Part shown: positions 9,329-18,496 of the stretch, in pieces
Position numbering within the stretch: position 1 is the first letter of the stretch
How the letters are laid out: every line of letters starts with the position of its first letter
From: Nitrospirota bacterium
GTDB lineage: Bacteria > Nitrospirota > Nitrospiria > 2-01-FULL-66-17
NCBI GenBank assembly: GCA_040757335.1
Contig: JBFLXB010000012.1
Location: 15,246 to 79,245 of the forward strand
DNA: 64,000 nucleotides
Direction of reading: 5' to 3'
Translations under genes and position numbers: made by a program
The notes under the pieces: model-generated
Told to the model about the DNA's origin: nothing
What the model saw: only the letters and a program-made list of their open reading frames with translations
The model's database searches: none

Positions 9329-9826
9329 TTGAACGTCCGAGGGTTTCTGGACGTGGGGTTCAATGTCAGCTCCGCCGACGATGGACGCGATGATTCCTTC
9401 GCCCTGGGCCAGTTCAACCTGGTATTGACTTCGAGGTTGACCGAGCGAGCCTACTTCTTGGCCGAGACGTATTTCATCGGAGGGACGGTCCTCTACAAGA
9501 CGAACCGCCTCGAGCTGCTGGGCGAGGTGTTCAACATCTACCACGATGACCACACCAGCGACCAGATCTTCGACAGCCTCGGACCGTACGCCCAGGCCGC
9601 CTATGTGGTGAAGGACGTGATGCCGTATTACCGGTTCGACGTACTGAATTTCGGGGGGCCCGATCCCTACTATTCGTCCAACGTGGTGGACGTCCACAAA
9701 CACACGCTCGGAACGCGGTGGGATTTCCTGCCGTGGAACGCGCTCAAAGTCGAATGCGCCTTCGCCAACTTTCAGGCGGACGACGACGAGCATCTGCTGA
9801 GCGTCAATTTGTCCTTCGCCTTTTGA
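9329..9826 (+). pseudogene. C-terminal fragment of an outer-membrane beta-barrel (porin-like). No ATG/GTG start and no signal peptide.
   Basis: The frame opens only 30 nt upstream (stop at 9296-9298) and its only candidate start is a TTG. It ends ...LSVNLSFAF, with alternating aromatic beta-strand patterning and the terminal Phe typical of OMPs. Confidence 0.4.
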
Positions 9827-9852
9827 GACACCGTAGTCCCCCGGGCCAACGC

Positions 9853-10320
9853 GTGCCTCGAATCCTCCGCCTCGTCCTGATCCTCCTGTTGATGGCCCCG
9901 GTCGGCGCGGACGCAGCCGACCTCGCGGTGGTCGTCAGCCCGGACAACCCCGTCGACGACATCCAGTGGAAGGATCTGGTCAAGATCTTCAAGCTGGAAA
10001 AACAGTACTGGCGGGGCAACGAGAAGGTCTATCTGGTGTTGCGAGAAAGCGGGAGCAGGGAAAAGGGCGTGGTGCTGGAGAAGATCTACCAAACGAGCGA
10101 CGAAGGCCTCAAGAAGATGTGGCTCGCCAAAATGTATCGGGAGGAGATCACGTCGTTCCCGAGAGTCCTGAACTCGAACGAAGCCGTCATCCGTTTCGTC
10201 AACCAGGTGCCCACGGCCATCAGCGTCATCGACGCCTCGTATCGCGACCGACGCGTCAAGACGCTTCGCATCAACGGGTCGTTGCCCGGAGAGGAAGGGT
10301 ACCCGCTGAAGGTGAATTGA
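9853..10320 (+). CDS. Periplasmic YfiR-like (DUF4154-type) protein. Putative regulator of the adjacent c-di-GMP sensor.
   Basis: GTG start giving an MPRILRLVLILLLMAPVGADA signal peptide. About 155 aa. The ...IRFVNQVPTAISVIDASYRDRRVKTLRINGSLP tail resembles the YfiR/DUF4154 C-terminus. It sits immediately upstream of a membrane GGDEF protein. Confidence 0.45.
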   Translation: MPRILRLVLILLLMAPVGADAADLAVVVSPDNPVDDIQWKDLVKIFKLEKQYWRGNEKVYLVLRESGSREKGVVLEKIYQTSDEGLKKMWLAKMYREEITSFPRVLNSNEAVIRFVNQVPTAISVIDASYRDRRVKTLRINGSLPGEEGYPLKVN

Positions 10321-10349
10321 CCCCCGGCAGCTTGACCCCCTGAGCCGAC

Positions 10350-13061
10350 ATGCGATTACAGATCAAGACGACCGTGACCTTCCTGCTCCTGTCCCTGCTG
10401 CCGCTACTGCTGGCCGGGGTGGTTGCCTATCCCGTTGCGCTGAGCGCGATGAAAACGAGTCTCGGTACCAGCTTCCACCAAATCGCGCACGAGACCATGG
10501 ACAAGGTGGACCGCAGCGTGTACGAGGTCTACCAGAACGTGTTGACCTGGTCGAAGCTGGACATCATGCAGGAGATCCTCACCGGGGATCTGGACGGCAA
10601 GATCTCCACCTACCTGATGGAGGTGGAGCGAGAGTACGGATACTTTGCGAACATCGTCGCCCTGAACCCCGAGGGCAAGGTCGTCGCCGCGAGTCATCCG
10701 GAGCTGATCGGCCGCGACGCAAGCGCGGAGGAGTTCCATCGGCGGGCGATGAGCGGAACGGCCTTCGTGGACGACGTGCACCGGGATCAATCGAGTCAGG
10801 AGTGGGTGGTCACGTTCTCGTTCCCGGTCAGAGCCCAGTTCATGAACGACAAGGTCGTCGGCGTCTTGTGCGCGCTGTGGAACGCGGATGAGCTCGCGCA
10901 TTTGACCCAATCGGCTCAGGCCGCGACCGACCCGTCCCAGCGACGACCCGAGGTCTTCCTGACCCGTCGCGACGGATTGATCATCGCCGCCCCGGATGTC
11001 CATCGGGACGGTTTGTTTCGGGACAATCTGATCACGCTGGGACTGCGGTCCGCGAGGCTCGCCGTCAATCAATCGGAAGGCTACTTGATCGAGAACGTGA
11101 TGAGCTCGGGCGAGTCGCTGTTGGGGTACAGTTCGTCGAAGGGTCATCGCGATTACCCCGGATTCAGTTGGGGCATTCTGGTCTCCCAGAATACGTCGAC
11201 GGCGTTTGCGCCGATCAGGCGGCTCAATGTGATCATCCTCCTCATCGGCACCCTGGTCGCACTCGCCGTGAGCGTCATGTCGGTCGTGGTGTCTCGCAGG
11301 ATGGCCCGGCCGATCCTCGGGATCGCGGCGGTGGCGCGGCGGGTCTCCCAGGGAGACTTCAGCGGGAAGGCGCATCACACCTCGCCCGACGAGATCGGAG
11401 CGTTGGCCGGCGTGTTCAATCAGATGACCGTGGATCTCAAACGGCAGCGAGAACAGTTGGTGGAAAAGCACTACGTGGATTCGATCATCGCCAACATGAT
11501 GAACAGCCTGATCGTAATCGACACGTCGGGCGTCATCAAGACGGTCAATCGAGCGACGCTGGACCTGCTCGAATACGGCGAGGGAGACCTCATCGGGCAG
11601 TCCGCCCAAATGATCTTTCCCCCGGCGTTGTGGGCGCAGGAGTCGTGGGTGGACAGTTTGGTCACCGGCACCCTTGCCGTGAATCGCGAGACGACGTACC
11701 GAGCGAAGGACGGACGGAGCATCCCCGTATTGTTCTCCGCCTCCCCCATGCGGAACGAGCAGGGCCACGTGCAGGGCATCGTCTGCGTGGCGCAGGACCT
11801 GACCGAACGCAAGCGGGCCGAAGAAACGCTGGCCGAGCAAGCCATTCGCGACGCCCTGACCGGGCTCTACAATCGACGCTATTTCGATCGTCGGATCGGC
11901 GCGGAGCTCGCGAGAGCCGAACGGAGTCAGCAGCCGATGGCCATGTTGTTGTGCGATCTGGACCGGTTCAAGGCCGTGAACGACACCAGGGGCCATCAGG
12001 CCGGCGACGAGAGTCTCAAACTGGTGGCGAAAGCCATCCTGAACGCGGTCCGCGGAATCGACCTCGTGTTTCGATGGGGCGGAGACGAGATCATGGTGGT
12101 GCTGCCGGAGACCACCCGTGAAGGCGCCCGCACCACGGCGGAGCGAATCAGAGCCAAAATCCGGCACACCGCCAGGGACCTCGCTCCGGATTTGGACGTG
12201 AGCACCGGTATCGCGCTGTACCCCGACCACGGGTCGAACGAAGACGACCTGATCCGCATCGCGGATCTGGCGCTCTATATTTCCAAGAAGGGCGGCGACA
12301 AGATCCACGTCGGAGCCGAAGAATACGACTTGGACAAGACCTCGAGCAAAGTCACGTTCCAGCCCGCCGTGGCCGTGCAGCCCATCATTGATCTCAGAAC
12401 GAATCAGATCATCGGGTACGAGGTGCTCACCCGCGACCCCGCGGGGAAGCTGAGCGTGTTCGACTTGTTCAAGAAGTACGAAATCATCGGGAAGCTCGGC
12501 GAGTTGAAGTCGGTGTGTTTCCAGGTTCAGTTGAAGGCGGCGCAGGAGGCCGGTCTCCACACCGTCTTCGTCAACGTGGACTTCGCGCTGCTCTCGACGT
12601 ACGGGCTGGTGCCGAAGCCGGAGGGGATCGACGTCGTGTTGGAGATCTCGGAACTGGAAGCGTTACACGACATCGAGACCAAGCTGGAGGTGGCCAACCG
12701 GTGGCGACGGCTGGGTTACAAGTTCGCCATCGACGACTTCGGGGCCGGCTTCATCTCGCTGCCGTTTGTCGCGAGGTTGGTTCCGGACTACATCAAGATC
12801 GATCGGTCCACCATCCTGCAGGCGGTCTCAACTCCGCAGTTCAAAGAATTCATGGCCGGAATGGTGGTGGCGCTCCAGTACTATGCGAAGTCCGGCATCA
12901 TTGCGGAGGGGATTGAGACCGAACAGGAGCTCCGAACGGTCAAAGACATCGGGGTGTCCCTGGTGCAGGGCTACATGTTCGGCAAGCCCTATGCGCTCAC
13001 GCTGGAAGACGGCGATTCCGTTGTCCAGGGTAACGGTCTGAAGCGCGCGTCCAACGCGTAA
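10350..13061 (+). CDS. Membrane sensor c-di-GMP turnover protein: periplasmic (Cache-like) domain, TM, HAMP, PAS, GGDEF (GGDEI variant), EAL (EVL variant).
   Basis: N-terminal TM, then a roughly 270-aa periplasmic region, then a second TM. HAMP (ARPILGIAAVARRVSQGDFSG...). PAS (IIANMMNSLIVIDTSG...). GGDEF domain with RWGGDEIMVVL. EAL domain with QPIIDL...YEVLTR, DDFGAGFISL and EGIETEQEL...QGYMFGKP. Confidence 0.85.
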   Translation: MRLQIKTTVTFLLLSLLPLLLAGVVAYPVALSAMKTSLGTSFHQIAHETMDKVDRSVYEVYQNVLTWSKLDIMQEILTGDLDGKISTYLMEVEREYGYFANIVALNPEGKVVAASHPELIGRDASAEEFHRRAMSGTAFVDDVHRDQSSQEWVVTFSFPVRAQFMNDKVVGVLCALWNADELAHLTQSAQAATDPSQRRPEVFLTRRDGLIIAAPDVHRDGLFRDNLITLGLRSARLAVNQSEGYLIENVMSSGESLLGYSSSKGHRDYPGFSWGILVSQNTSTAFAPIRRLNVIILLIGTLVALAVSVMSVVVSRRMARPILGIAAVARRVSQGDFSGKAHHTSPDEIGALAGVFNQMTVDLKRQREQLVEKHYVDSIIANMMNSLIVIDTSGVIKTVNRATLDLLEYGEGDLIGQSAQMIFPPALWAQESWVDSLVTGTLAVNRETTYRAKDGRSIPVLFSASPMRNEQGHVQGIVCVAQDLTERKRAEETLAEQAIRDALTGLYNRRYFDRRIGAELARAERSQQPMAMLLCDLDRFKAVNDTRGHQAGDESLKLVAKAILNAVRGIDLVFRWGGDEIMVVLPETTREGARTTAERIRAKIRHTARDLAPDLDVSTGIALYPDHGSNEDDLIRIADLALYISKKGGDKIHVGAEEYDLDKTSSKVTFQPAVAVQPIIDLRTNQIIGYEVLTRDPAGKLSVFDLFKKYEIIGKLGELKSVCFQVQLKAAQEAGLHTVFVNVDFALLSTYGLVPKPEGIDVVLEISELEALHDIETKLEVANRWRRLGYKFAIDDFGAGFISLPFVARLVPDYIKIDRSTILQAVSTPQFKEFMAGMVVALQYYAKSGIIAEGIETEQELRTVKDIGVSLVQGYMFGKPYALTLEDGDSVVQGNGLKRASNA

Positions 13062-13074
13062 CAATCCGTTGAAG

Positions 13075-13100
13075 CAGGGGCGACGCATGCGTCGCCCCTG
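13075..13100. terminator. Perfect 26-bp palindrome CAGGGGCGACGCATGCGTCGCCCCTG between two convergent genes.
   Basis: A 12-bp GC-rich stem between the sensor gene stop (13061) and the ubiD stop (13111). Probably a bidirectional terminator. Confidence 0.5.
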
Positions 13101-13110
13101 CGCCCGAGGG

Positions 13111-14568
13111 TTACCCGAACCCGTACTCTTGCCACCGCCGGGTGACGCGCTCGACGATATCGGGATCCATGACGATCGGTTTGCCCCATTCGCGCGAGGT
13201 CTCGGGCGGGATCTTGGTGGTGGCGTCGATCCCCATTTTGGCGCCGAGCTCGGGAAGCGGCGAGGCGAAGTCCAGGTAGTCGATGGGCGTGTGGTCAATG
13301 ATCGTGACGTCGCGCCGCGGGTCCACGTTGGTCGAAATGGCCCAGATCACGTCTTCCCACTTGCGGACGTTGATGTTGGGATCGACCACGATCACGAACT
13401 TCACGTACAGGAACTGCTTCAAGAATCCCCACAGCCCCATCATCACGCGTTTGGCGTGGCCGGGGAATTCCTTTTTCATGGAGATGACGGCCACGCGATA
13501 CGACAGCGCTTCCATGGGCAGGTGGAAGTCCACGATCTCGGAGAACGTGCGCTTGATCATGGGCAGGAACACGCGGTTGAGCGCGAGCGCCACCACCGCG
13601 TCCTCGCGCGGCGGCCGGCCGGTCACCGTGGTCATGTAAATCGGATTCTGCCGGTGCGTGATGGCGGTCACCCGAAACACCGGAAACGACTCCACCGGGT
13701 TGTAATAGCCGGTGTGGTCGCCGTGCGGGCCCTCGTCCGCCATATCGCCGGGCGAGACCTCGCCCTCGATCACGATCTCCGCTGACGCCGGCACTTCCAG
13801 GTCGATGGTTTTGCAGCGCACCAGCTCGATGTTCTTCTTGCGCAACAGGCCCGCAAAGTGAAACTCGCCGATCTCCTCGGGCACCGGGGTGACCGCGGCA
13901 ATGGTGGTGCCGGGGTCGCACCCCAGCACCGCCGCCACCGGCATGGTCTTGCCAAGTTTCATCCACTCGCGCCAATGGTGCGCGCCGCCATGGTGTTTGA
14001 GCCAGCGCATGGCCGTGCGGTTCTTACCCAACACCTGCAGACGATAAATGCCGGCGTTGTACTTCCCCCCGTGCGGCGACTTGGTGATGACCAACGGCCA
14101 GTTGATCTGCGGGCCGCCGTCATCAGGCCAACAGAACATGATGGGCAGGATGCCTAAGTCAACCTGTTCGCCCGTGAGCACGACCTCCTGGCAGGCTGCG
14201 CGGCTCACGGTCTTGGGCGCCAGGTGCAGGATGCGGCCGTAGAAGGGCAGGTGCTTGATCGCGTCCACGAAGCCTTTGGGCGGCTCCGGGTGTTGCAGGA
14301 ACGCCAGGAACTTGCCGATCTCTTCCAGCCCGGCTTCATCGGTCTCCAGCCCCATGGCCACGCGTTTGACCGTGCCGAAGAGGTTGGCCAGCAGCGGGAT
14401 CGACGAGCCTTTGACGCGCTCGAACAGGACCGCCGGGCCCTCGCGCGCCAGCAAGCGATTGAGAATCTCCGTGACTTCGAGCCGCGGGTCCACCTCGGTC
14501 TTCACCCGGACCAGTTCCCCGGCTTTCTCCAGGGCGTCCAGAAATTCGCGCAGGTCAACGTACGGCAC
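13111..14568 (-). CDS. ubiD: UbiD-family (prFMN-dependent) aromatic acid decarboxylase, 485 aa.
   Basis: MPYVDLREFLDALEKAGELVRVK... N-terminus and overall length are diagnostic of UbiD/VdcC. Confidence 0.85.
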   Translation of the reverse strand: MPYVDLREFLDALEKAGELVRVKTEVDPRLEVTEILNRLLAREGPAVLFERVKGSSIPLLANLFGTVKRVAMGLETDEAGLEEIGKFLAFLQHPEPPKGFVDAIKHLPFYGRILHLAPKTVSRAACQEVVLTGEQVDLGILPIMFCWPDDGGPQINWPLVITKSPHGGKYNAGIYRLQVLGKNRTAMRWLKHHGGAHHWREWMKLGKTMPVAAVLGCDPGTTIAAVTPVPEEIGEFHFAGLLRKKNIELVRCKTIDLEVPASAEIVIEGEVSPGDMADEGPHGDHTGYYNPVESFPVFRVTAITHRQNPIYMTTVTGRPPREDAVVALALNRVFLPMIKRTFSEIVDFHLPMEALSYRVAVISMKKEFPGHAKRVMMGLWGFLKQFLYVKFVIVVDPNINVRKWEDVIWAISTNVDPRRDVTIIDHTPIDYLDFASPLPELGAKMGIDATTKIPPETSREWGKPIVMDPDIVERVTRRWQEYGFG

Positions 14569-14576
14569 GGCAGCTC

Positions 14577-15500
14577 CTATCTCATCCCGAGATCAACGAT
14601 GATGCCCAGTAACACGACGAGACCGATCCACGCATGCGACCGAAACAACGCGAATATCGCGGCGTGGTCGATCTCCCGCCGCAGACGCCAGGTCTGATAC
14701 GCGAGCACCGCGGCGACCGCCGCGATGGTGGCGTGGTACACGCCTCCCATTGGGACCCGCATGCCCAGCACGACCAGGCCGGCCACTGAGAACGCGAAGA
14801 GGACGCCCACTCCGGCCCACGCGTATGGTCCAAACAGAATCGCGGACGAGCGCACACCGATCTTCAGATCGTCGTCGCGATCCAACATCGCGTAGATGGT
14901 GTCGTACCCCGCGGCCCAGCAGACCGTGGCGAGGAAGATCACCACCGCGGGTGCTCCCACCTCGTTGCGAACCGCGGCCCAGGCGAGCAACGCGCCCCAG
15001 CCGAACGCGGCGCCCATCACCGCCTGGGGCATCGCGATCACGCGCTTCATCAGCGGATAGACCGCGGCGAGCACGAAACCGACCACGCTGAGGGCGATGG
15101 CCAACGGGTTCAAGGTCAGCGCCAGCAGCAGCGCGACGAACGACAGCGCCGCGCCCACCGCGAGCGCCTCGCCCGGAGTCAGGCGTCCCGAGGCCAGGGG
15201 GCGCTCTTTGGTCCGTTGCACGCGGCCGTCGATGTGTCGGTCCGCAAGGTCGTTCAGCACGCATCCCGCGCTGCGCATCACGAACGCGCCCATGACGAAC
15301 ACCGCCAGCAGTCGCCACGAGGGCCGGCCGTTGGAGGCGATCACCAGCGACCAGAGCGCGGGCGCCATGAGCAGGAGCGTGCCGTACTGTTTGGGGAGGC
15401 GGATCAGATCCGACACCGCGGCCAGCTTGGTTCGCCACGTGGAGCCGGTCGGCTTGCCGCGGAGATCGAGGCCGTGTGGCCTGGCAACGTCGGTGGCCAC
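14577..15500 (-). CDS. ubiA: UbiA-family 4-hydroxybenzoate polyprenyltransferase.
   Basis: NDLADRHIDGRVQRTKERPLASGRL and a second Asp-rich motif, with multiple TM helices. The GTG start at 15500 lies 1 nt after the ubiC-like stop. The ORF-track start at 15647 would overlap ubiC by 145 nt. Confidence 0.8.
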   Translation of the reverse strand: MATDVARPHGLDLRGKPTGSTWRTKLAAVSDLIRLPKQYGTLLLMAPALWSLVIASNGRPSWRLLAVFVMGAFVMRSAGCVLNDLADRHIDGRVQRTKERPLASGRLTPGEALAVGAALSFVALLLALTLNPLAIALSVVGFVLAAVYPLMKRVIAMPQAVMGAAFGWGALLAWAAVRNEVGAPAVVIFLATVCWAAGYDTIYAMLDRDDDLKIGVRSSAILFGPYAWAGVGVLFAFSVAGLVVLGMRVPMGGVYHATIAAVAAVLAYQTWRLRREIDHAAIFALFRSHAWIGLVVLLGIIVDLGMR

Positions 15501-15501
15501 G

Positions 15502-16074
15502 TCAGTCCGCCAGGCGGGGAGAGAGCACCTCCACGATGGAGGCGGTGAGCGTGCCTTCGACCGCGAGCCGATACGCCCGACACCACAACGGGTCCGCGGG
15601 GTCGGCTCCGAACGCTTTGGCCAGATCGGGGTTGTGATGCCGGCCAATGCGGAGGTCGTCGCGGATCACGGCCCGGCTCTTGGTATCGAACAACCGGCCC
15701 AGGGGCTCAATCCCGCGGCGGATTTCAGTCGCCACGTCCGGAGCCAGGGACTCCAGCGGCAAGACCGAGACTGCGTACAGCAACCGCTCGCCGGCGTGGG
15801 TGAGCCAGACGTGGCGAGCCACCGCGGTCTGACGCGCCGACACGCCCAGACGCCGCGCGGTGTCGTCGTCAATGGACTCTTCACCTTGGCGTACGACTTC
15901 GACGCTGACCCGGCCCACCCGCAACGCCTCGAGCGCCGTGGTCATGGAGCCGTCCGAAGTGAGGAGCAGTCGCAGCACCGTGGGGACGTCCAGGGAATCC
16001 GCTTCGGCGAGGAATTCTTCGAGTGTTTTCCAGGCGATGGAGGTCGTGGCGAGTGCGATCACGCGCGGGATCAT
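15502..16074 (-). CDS. ubiC: Chorismate pyruvate-lyase (UbiC/DUF98 family).
   Basis: LLLTSDGSMTTALE, RHVWLTHAGERLLYAVSVLP and PLGRLFDTK align with the E. coli UbiC blocks. It sits immediately upstream of ubiA. Confidence 0.6.
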   Translation of the reverse strand: MIPRVIALATTSIAWKTLEEFLAEADSLDVPTVLRLLLTSDGSMTTALEALRVGRVSVEVVRQGEESIDDDTARRLGVSARQTAVARHVWLTHAGERLLYAVSVLPLESLAPDVATEIRRGIEPLGRLFDTKSRAVIRDDLRIGRHHNPDLAKAFGADPADPLWCRAYRLAVEGTLTASIVEVLSPRLAD

Positions 16075-16095
16075 ACGTGAGCGTTTTGGGGGGTG

Positions 16096-17949
16096 TCAAG
16101 GCGGGTCGAGCGCGGTCAGCCGCGTCCGGGCGTCGCGGGCCAATGCGGTGCGTCCGCTCGCGCGCGCGGTTTCCCACGCCCGACGGTAGTACGCATACGC
16201 GTCGCCGAAACGGCCTTGGCGTTCGGCCGCCACGCCGGAGTAATAGAGCACCTCCGGGGCATCGGGCGAGACCGAGTGGGCCGCGGTCAACGCGGCGGCG
16301 GCTTCCTCGGTCCGCTGTTGGCCGAGCAGGAGCACTCCCAGGTTCAGCAAGCTGTCGCGGTGGCGCGGATTGATTGCCAGCGCCCGGCGATACCATTCCT
16401 CCGCCGCAACCGCTGCACCAGGCTCTGGCGACTCCTGGGCCAGTAGTCCCAGGTTATACAACGCCGGGACATAGTCGGGCTTGAGACGGACCGAGTGCTC
16501 ATAGTCCACACGGGCCGCGGCGCGATCCCCGCGGCGGTGCGCGGTCACGCCTCGGCCAGCCAGGGCCGGCGGGTAGTCGGGGTTGAGCGCCAGGGCGGTG
16601 GTCAACGCGGCTTCGGCTTCGTCCCAGCGCCCTGCAGCCGCCAGGGCGAGTCCAGCGTTGGTCTGCGCCCGGAACGACGCGGGCGCGGTCAGACGCGCGT
16701 GGTCCCAGAGCCGAACCGGATCGCTCCACCGGCGTCCCTGGTCGATGATGAGCCAACTGCTCGCAATCAGGGCCGTGCCTCCGACCAGCACGCCGACGGT
16801 CCGTCCGACCCGCCGCGCATCAAGCAGCCGAGCCACGCCCAGGGCGGTCAGGGCCGCCAGTCCCGCGTGTTGGAGGTAGGCGCGGTGCTCCTGAAACGGC
16901 ACGTTCAACGGCCACAGCGTGGTGGGCAGCGCGATAATGATCACCCAGAGCGCGAAAAATCCCGCCCGCCTCCATGCCGGCGGCGTTGAAGACAAGGCAA
17001 CGAGTCCGGCCACACCCCATGCCCCGACCAGGGAGACGAGCAGCCAGGCGCCGGGCTCGGGCCAGGCCGGCAGGGGATGGTCCACGGTGAGCGGCCACGG
17101 AAACACGAACACCCGGATCGCCATGGCCATCGCGCTGATCTGTCCAACCACGACGGCGATGTAGCGCGACACCGCGTCGGTTGTGGTCAACGCCGAGGTC
17201 GCGGCGCGCCACACCCCGAACCAGGCCGCAAAACCCAGGATCACGCCGAAGGCCGCGGCGTGCGGTCCCCATCGGCGCCATCCGGAGGGCCGCTCGTTGT
17301 GCTCGGAGACGATAGCGTCCATGGCCACGCAGAGCAGGGGCAGCACCACGCTGGTCTCCTTCGAGAGCAGGGCGGCGAGCCCCAGCACGGCCCACCCCGC
17401 CCACCATCCGGCCGATGAATGCCCGGCCGTTTGTCTTGACCGCGCCTGCGCGTAGCAGACGAGCGCGGCCAGCATGAAGACGGACGACAACAGGGTCGCT
17501 CGAGCGGACGCATAGAGCACGGCCTCGCTCACGGCCGGGTGCAGCGCGAAGAGCGCCGCGGTCAGGACCGCGACCTTGCGATCGAGCGCCAGGTTCCGGA
17601 CGAGGATCAACAACAGGCCCACGGCCGACAGGTGCAAGATCAGGTTGACCGCGTGAAACGCGCTGGGCGACGGCCCTGCCGATCGCAGCGTGGCCCAATA
17701 CGTCAAATAGGTCAGCGGCCGGTAATGCCCGCTCAGCACCTCCCCGCTCGACGGCATGGTCCCGGTCAAGGCTGCCTGCCAAGCGCCCGGTTGCCATAAC
17801 GCGGCGTTGGCGACGATGGCGTGCTCGTCGTCGTACTGGAAGGGATGGTCAATGAACGGCAAGTAGAGGAGGCTGGTAACGAGGCACAGTCCGATCAGGG
17901 CGAGGGTTCCCAGGCGGTCGGAACGATCCACGCCGCCACTATACCCCAA
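16096..17949 (-). CDS. Polytopic membrane protein with C-terminal TPR repeats (PMT/TMTC-like glycosyltransferase architecture).
   Basis: About 11 predicted TM helices in the N-terminal 400 aa, including a DHPFQYDDEHAI loop. Several 34-aa TPR repeats follow (ALAINPRHRDSLLNLGVLLLGQ, AYYRRAW...). Confidence 0.65.
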   Translation of the reverse strand: MGYSGGVDRSDRLGTLALIGLCLVTSLLYLPFIDHPFQYDDEHAIVANAALWQPGAWQAALTGTMPSSGEVLSGHYRPLTYLTYWATLRSAGPSPSAFHAVNLILHLSAVGLLLILVRNLALDRKVAVLTAALFALHPAVSEAVLYASARATLLSSVFMLAALVCYAQARSRQTAGHSSAGWWAGWAVLGLAALLSKETSVVLPLLCVAMDAIVSEHNERPSGWRRWGPHAAAFGVILGFAAWFGVWRAATSALTTTDAVSRYIAVVVGQISAMAMAIRVFVFPWPLTVDHPLPAWPEPGAWLLVSLVGAWGVAGLVALSSTPPAWRRAGFFALWVIIIALPTTLWPLNVPFQEHRAYLQHAGLAALTALGVARLLDARRVGRTVGVLVGGTALIASSWLIIDQGRRWSDPVRLWDHARLTAPASFRAQTNAGLALAAAGRWDEAEAALTTALALNPDYPPALAGRGVTAHRRGDRAAARVDYEHSVRLKPDYVPALYNLGLLAQESPEPGAAVAAEEWYRRALAINPRHRDSLLNLGVLLLGQQRTEEAAAALTAAHSVSPDAPEVLYYSGVAAERQGRFGDAYAYYRRAWETARASGRTALARDARTRLTALDPP

Positions 17950-18496
17950 CCAATCGGGAAAGCCAGGTCAAGTAACCCTAAAGGACGAGTATGGTGGTCG
18001 TGCTTCCCTGATCTGGGTATCCGCGGTCGCAGCAAGGGCTCATGACAGGAATTTCGCGCTCGCCTTAGAAAGGAAAGAAACTCATCCTCTTTGGCGAAAT
18101 ATTTCCCCAAACGCTGAGATGACCTGACCCGAACTCTGCGCCAATATATCTGTAGGGCTTTGAAATATAAATCGATTTTTCTACAGTTGGTTCTTCCGGT
18201 AGAGCAGGAACAAGAATTGCTTAAAACGTAACACGTTGCAGTAAGTCTATTTGCGCCGATTGGTCGGCGCCCATCAACGATCGCCCAGGCTGACCGCTTG
18301 CGGGGTGATCAAGGAATGAATGCATGTCGCGCGTTGTGCGAACCGCGCTGCACGTGGGGTTTCATTATTACGGCCGACCGAGCTACGTCTTGGGTCGGCC
18401 GTTGTGTTTTGTGAACAGGGGGGTTGGGCGGTCTTGCGTGTCCATTTGGCCGCGGAAATTCAACGGCCCGGTGTCATCCGAGGAGGAGTGCGGGTC

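Noticed and set aside
9206-9793. 195-aa minus-strand ORF overlapping the OMP fragment.
   Set aside because: Low-complexity, with no start context. The sense strand encodes a sequence with clear outer-membrane beta-barrel C-terminal features.
10404-12560. 718-aa ORF on the minus strand.
   Set aside because: It is entirely antisense to the well-supported sensor GGDEF-EAL gene. Its Arg/Gly/Pro/His-rich low-complexity translation is typical of spurious high-GC antisense ORFs, and it has no domain signatures.
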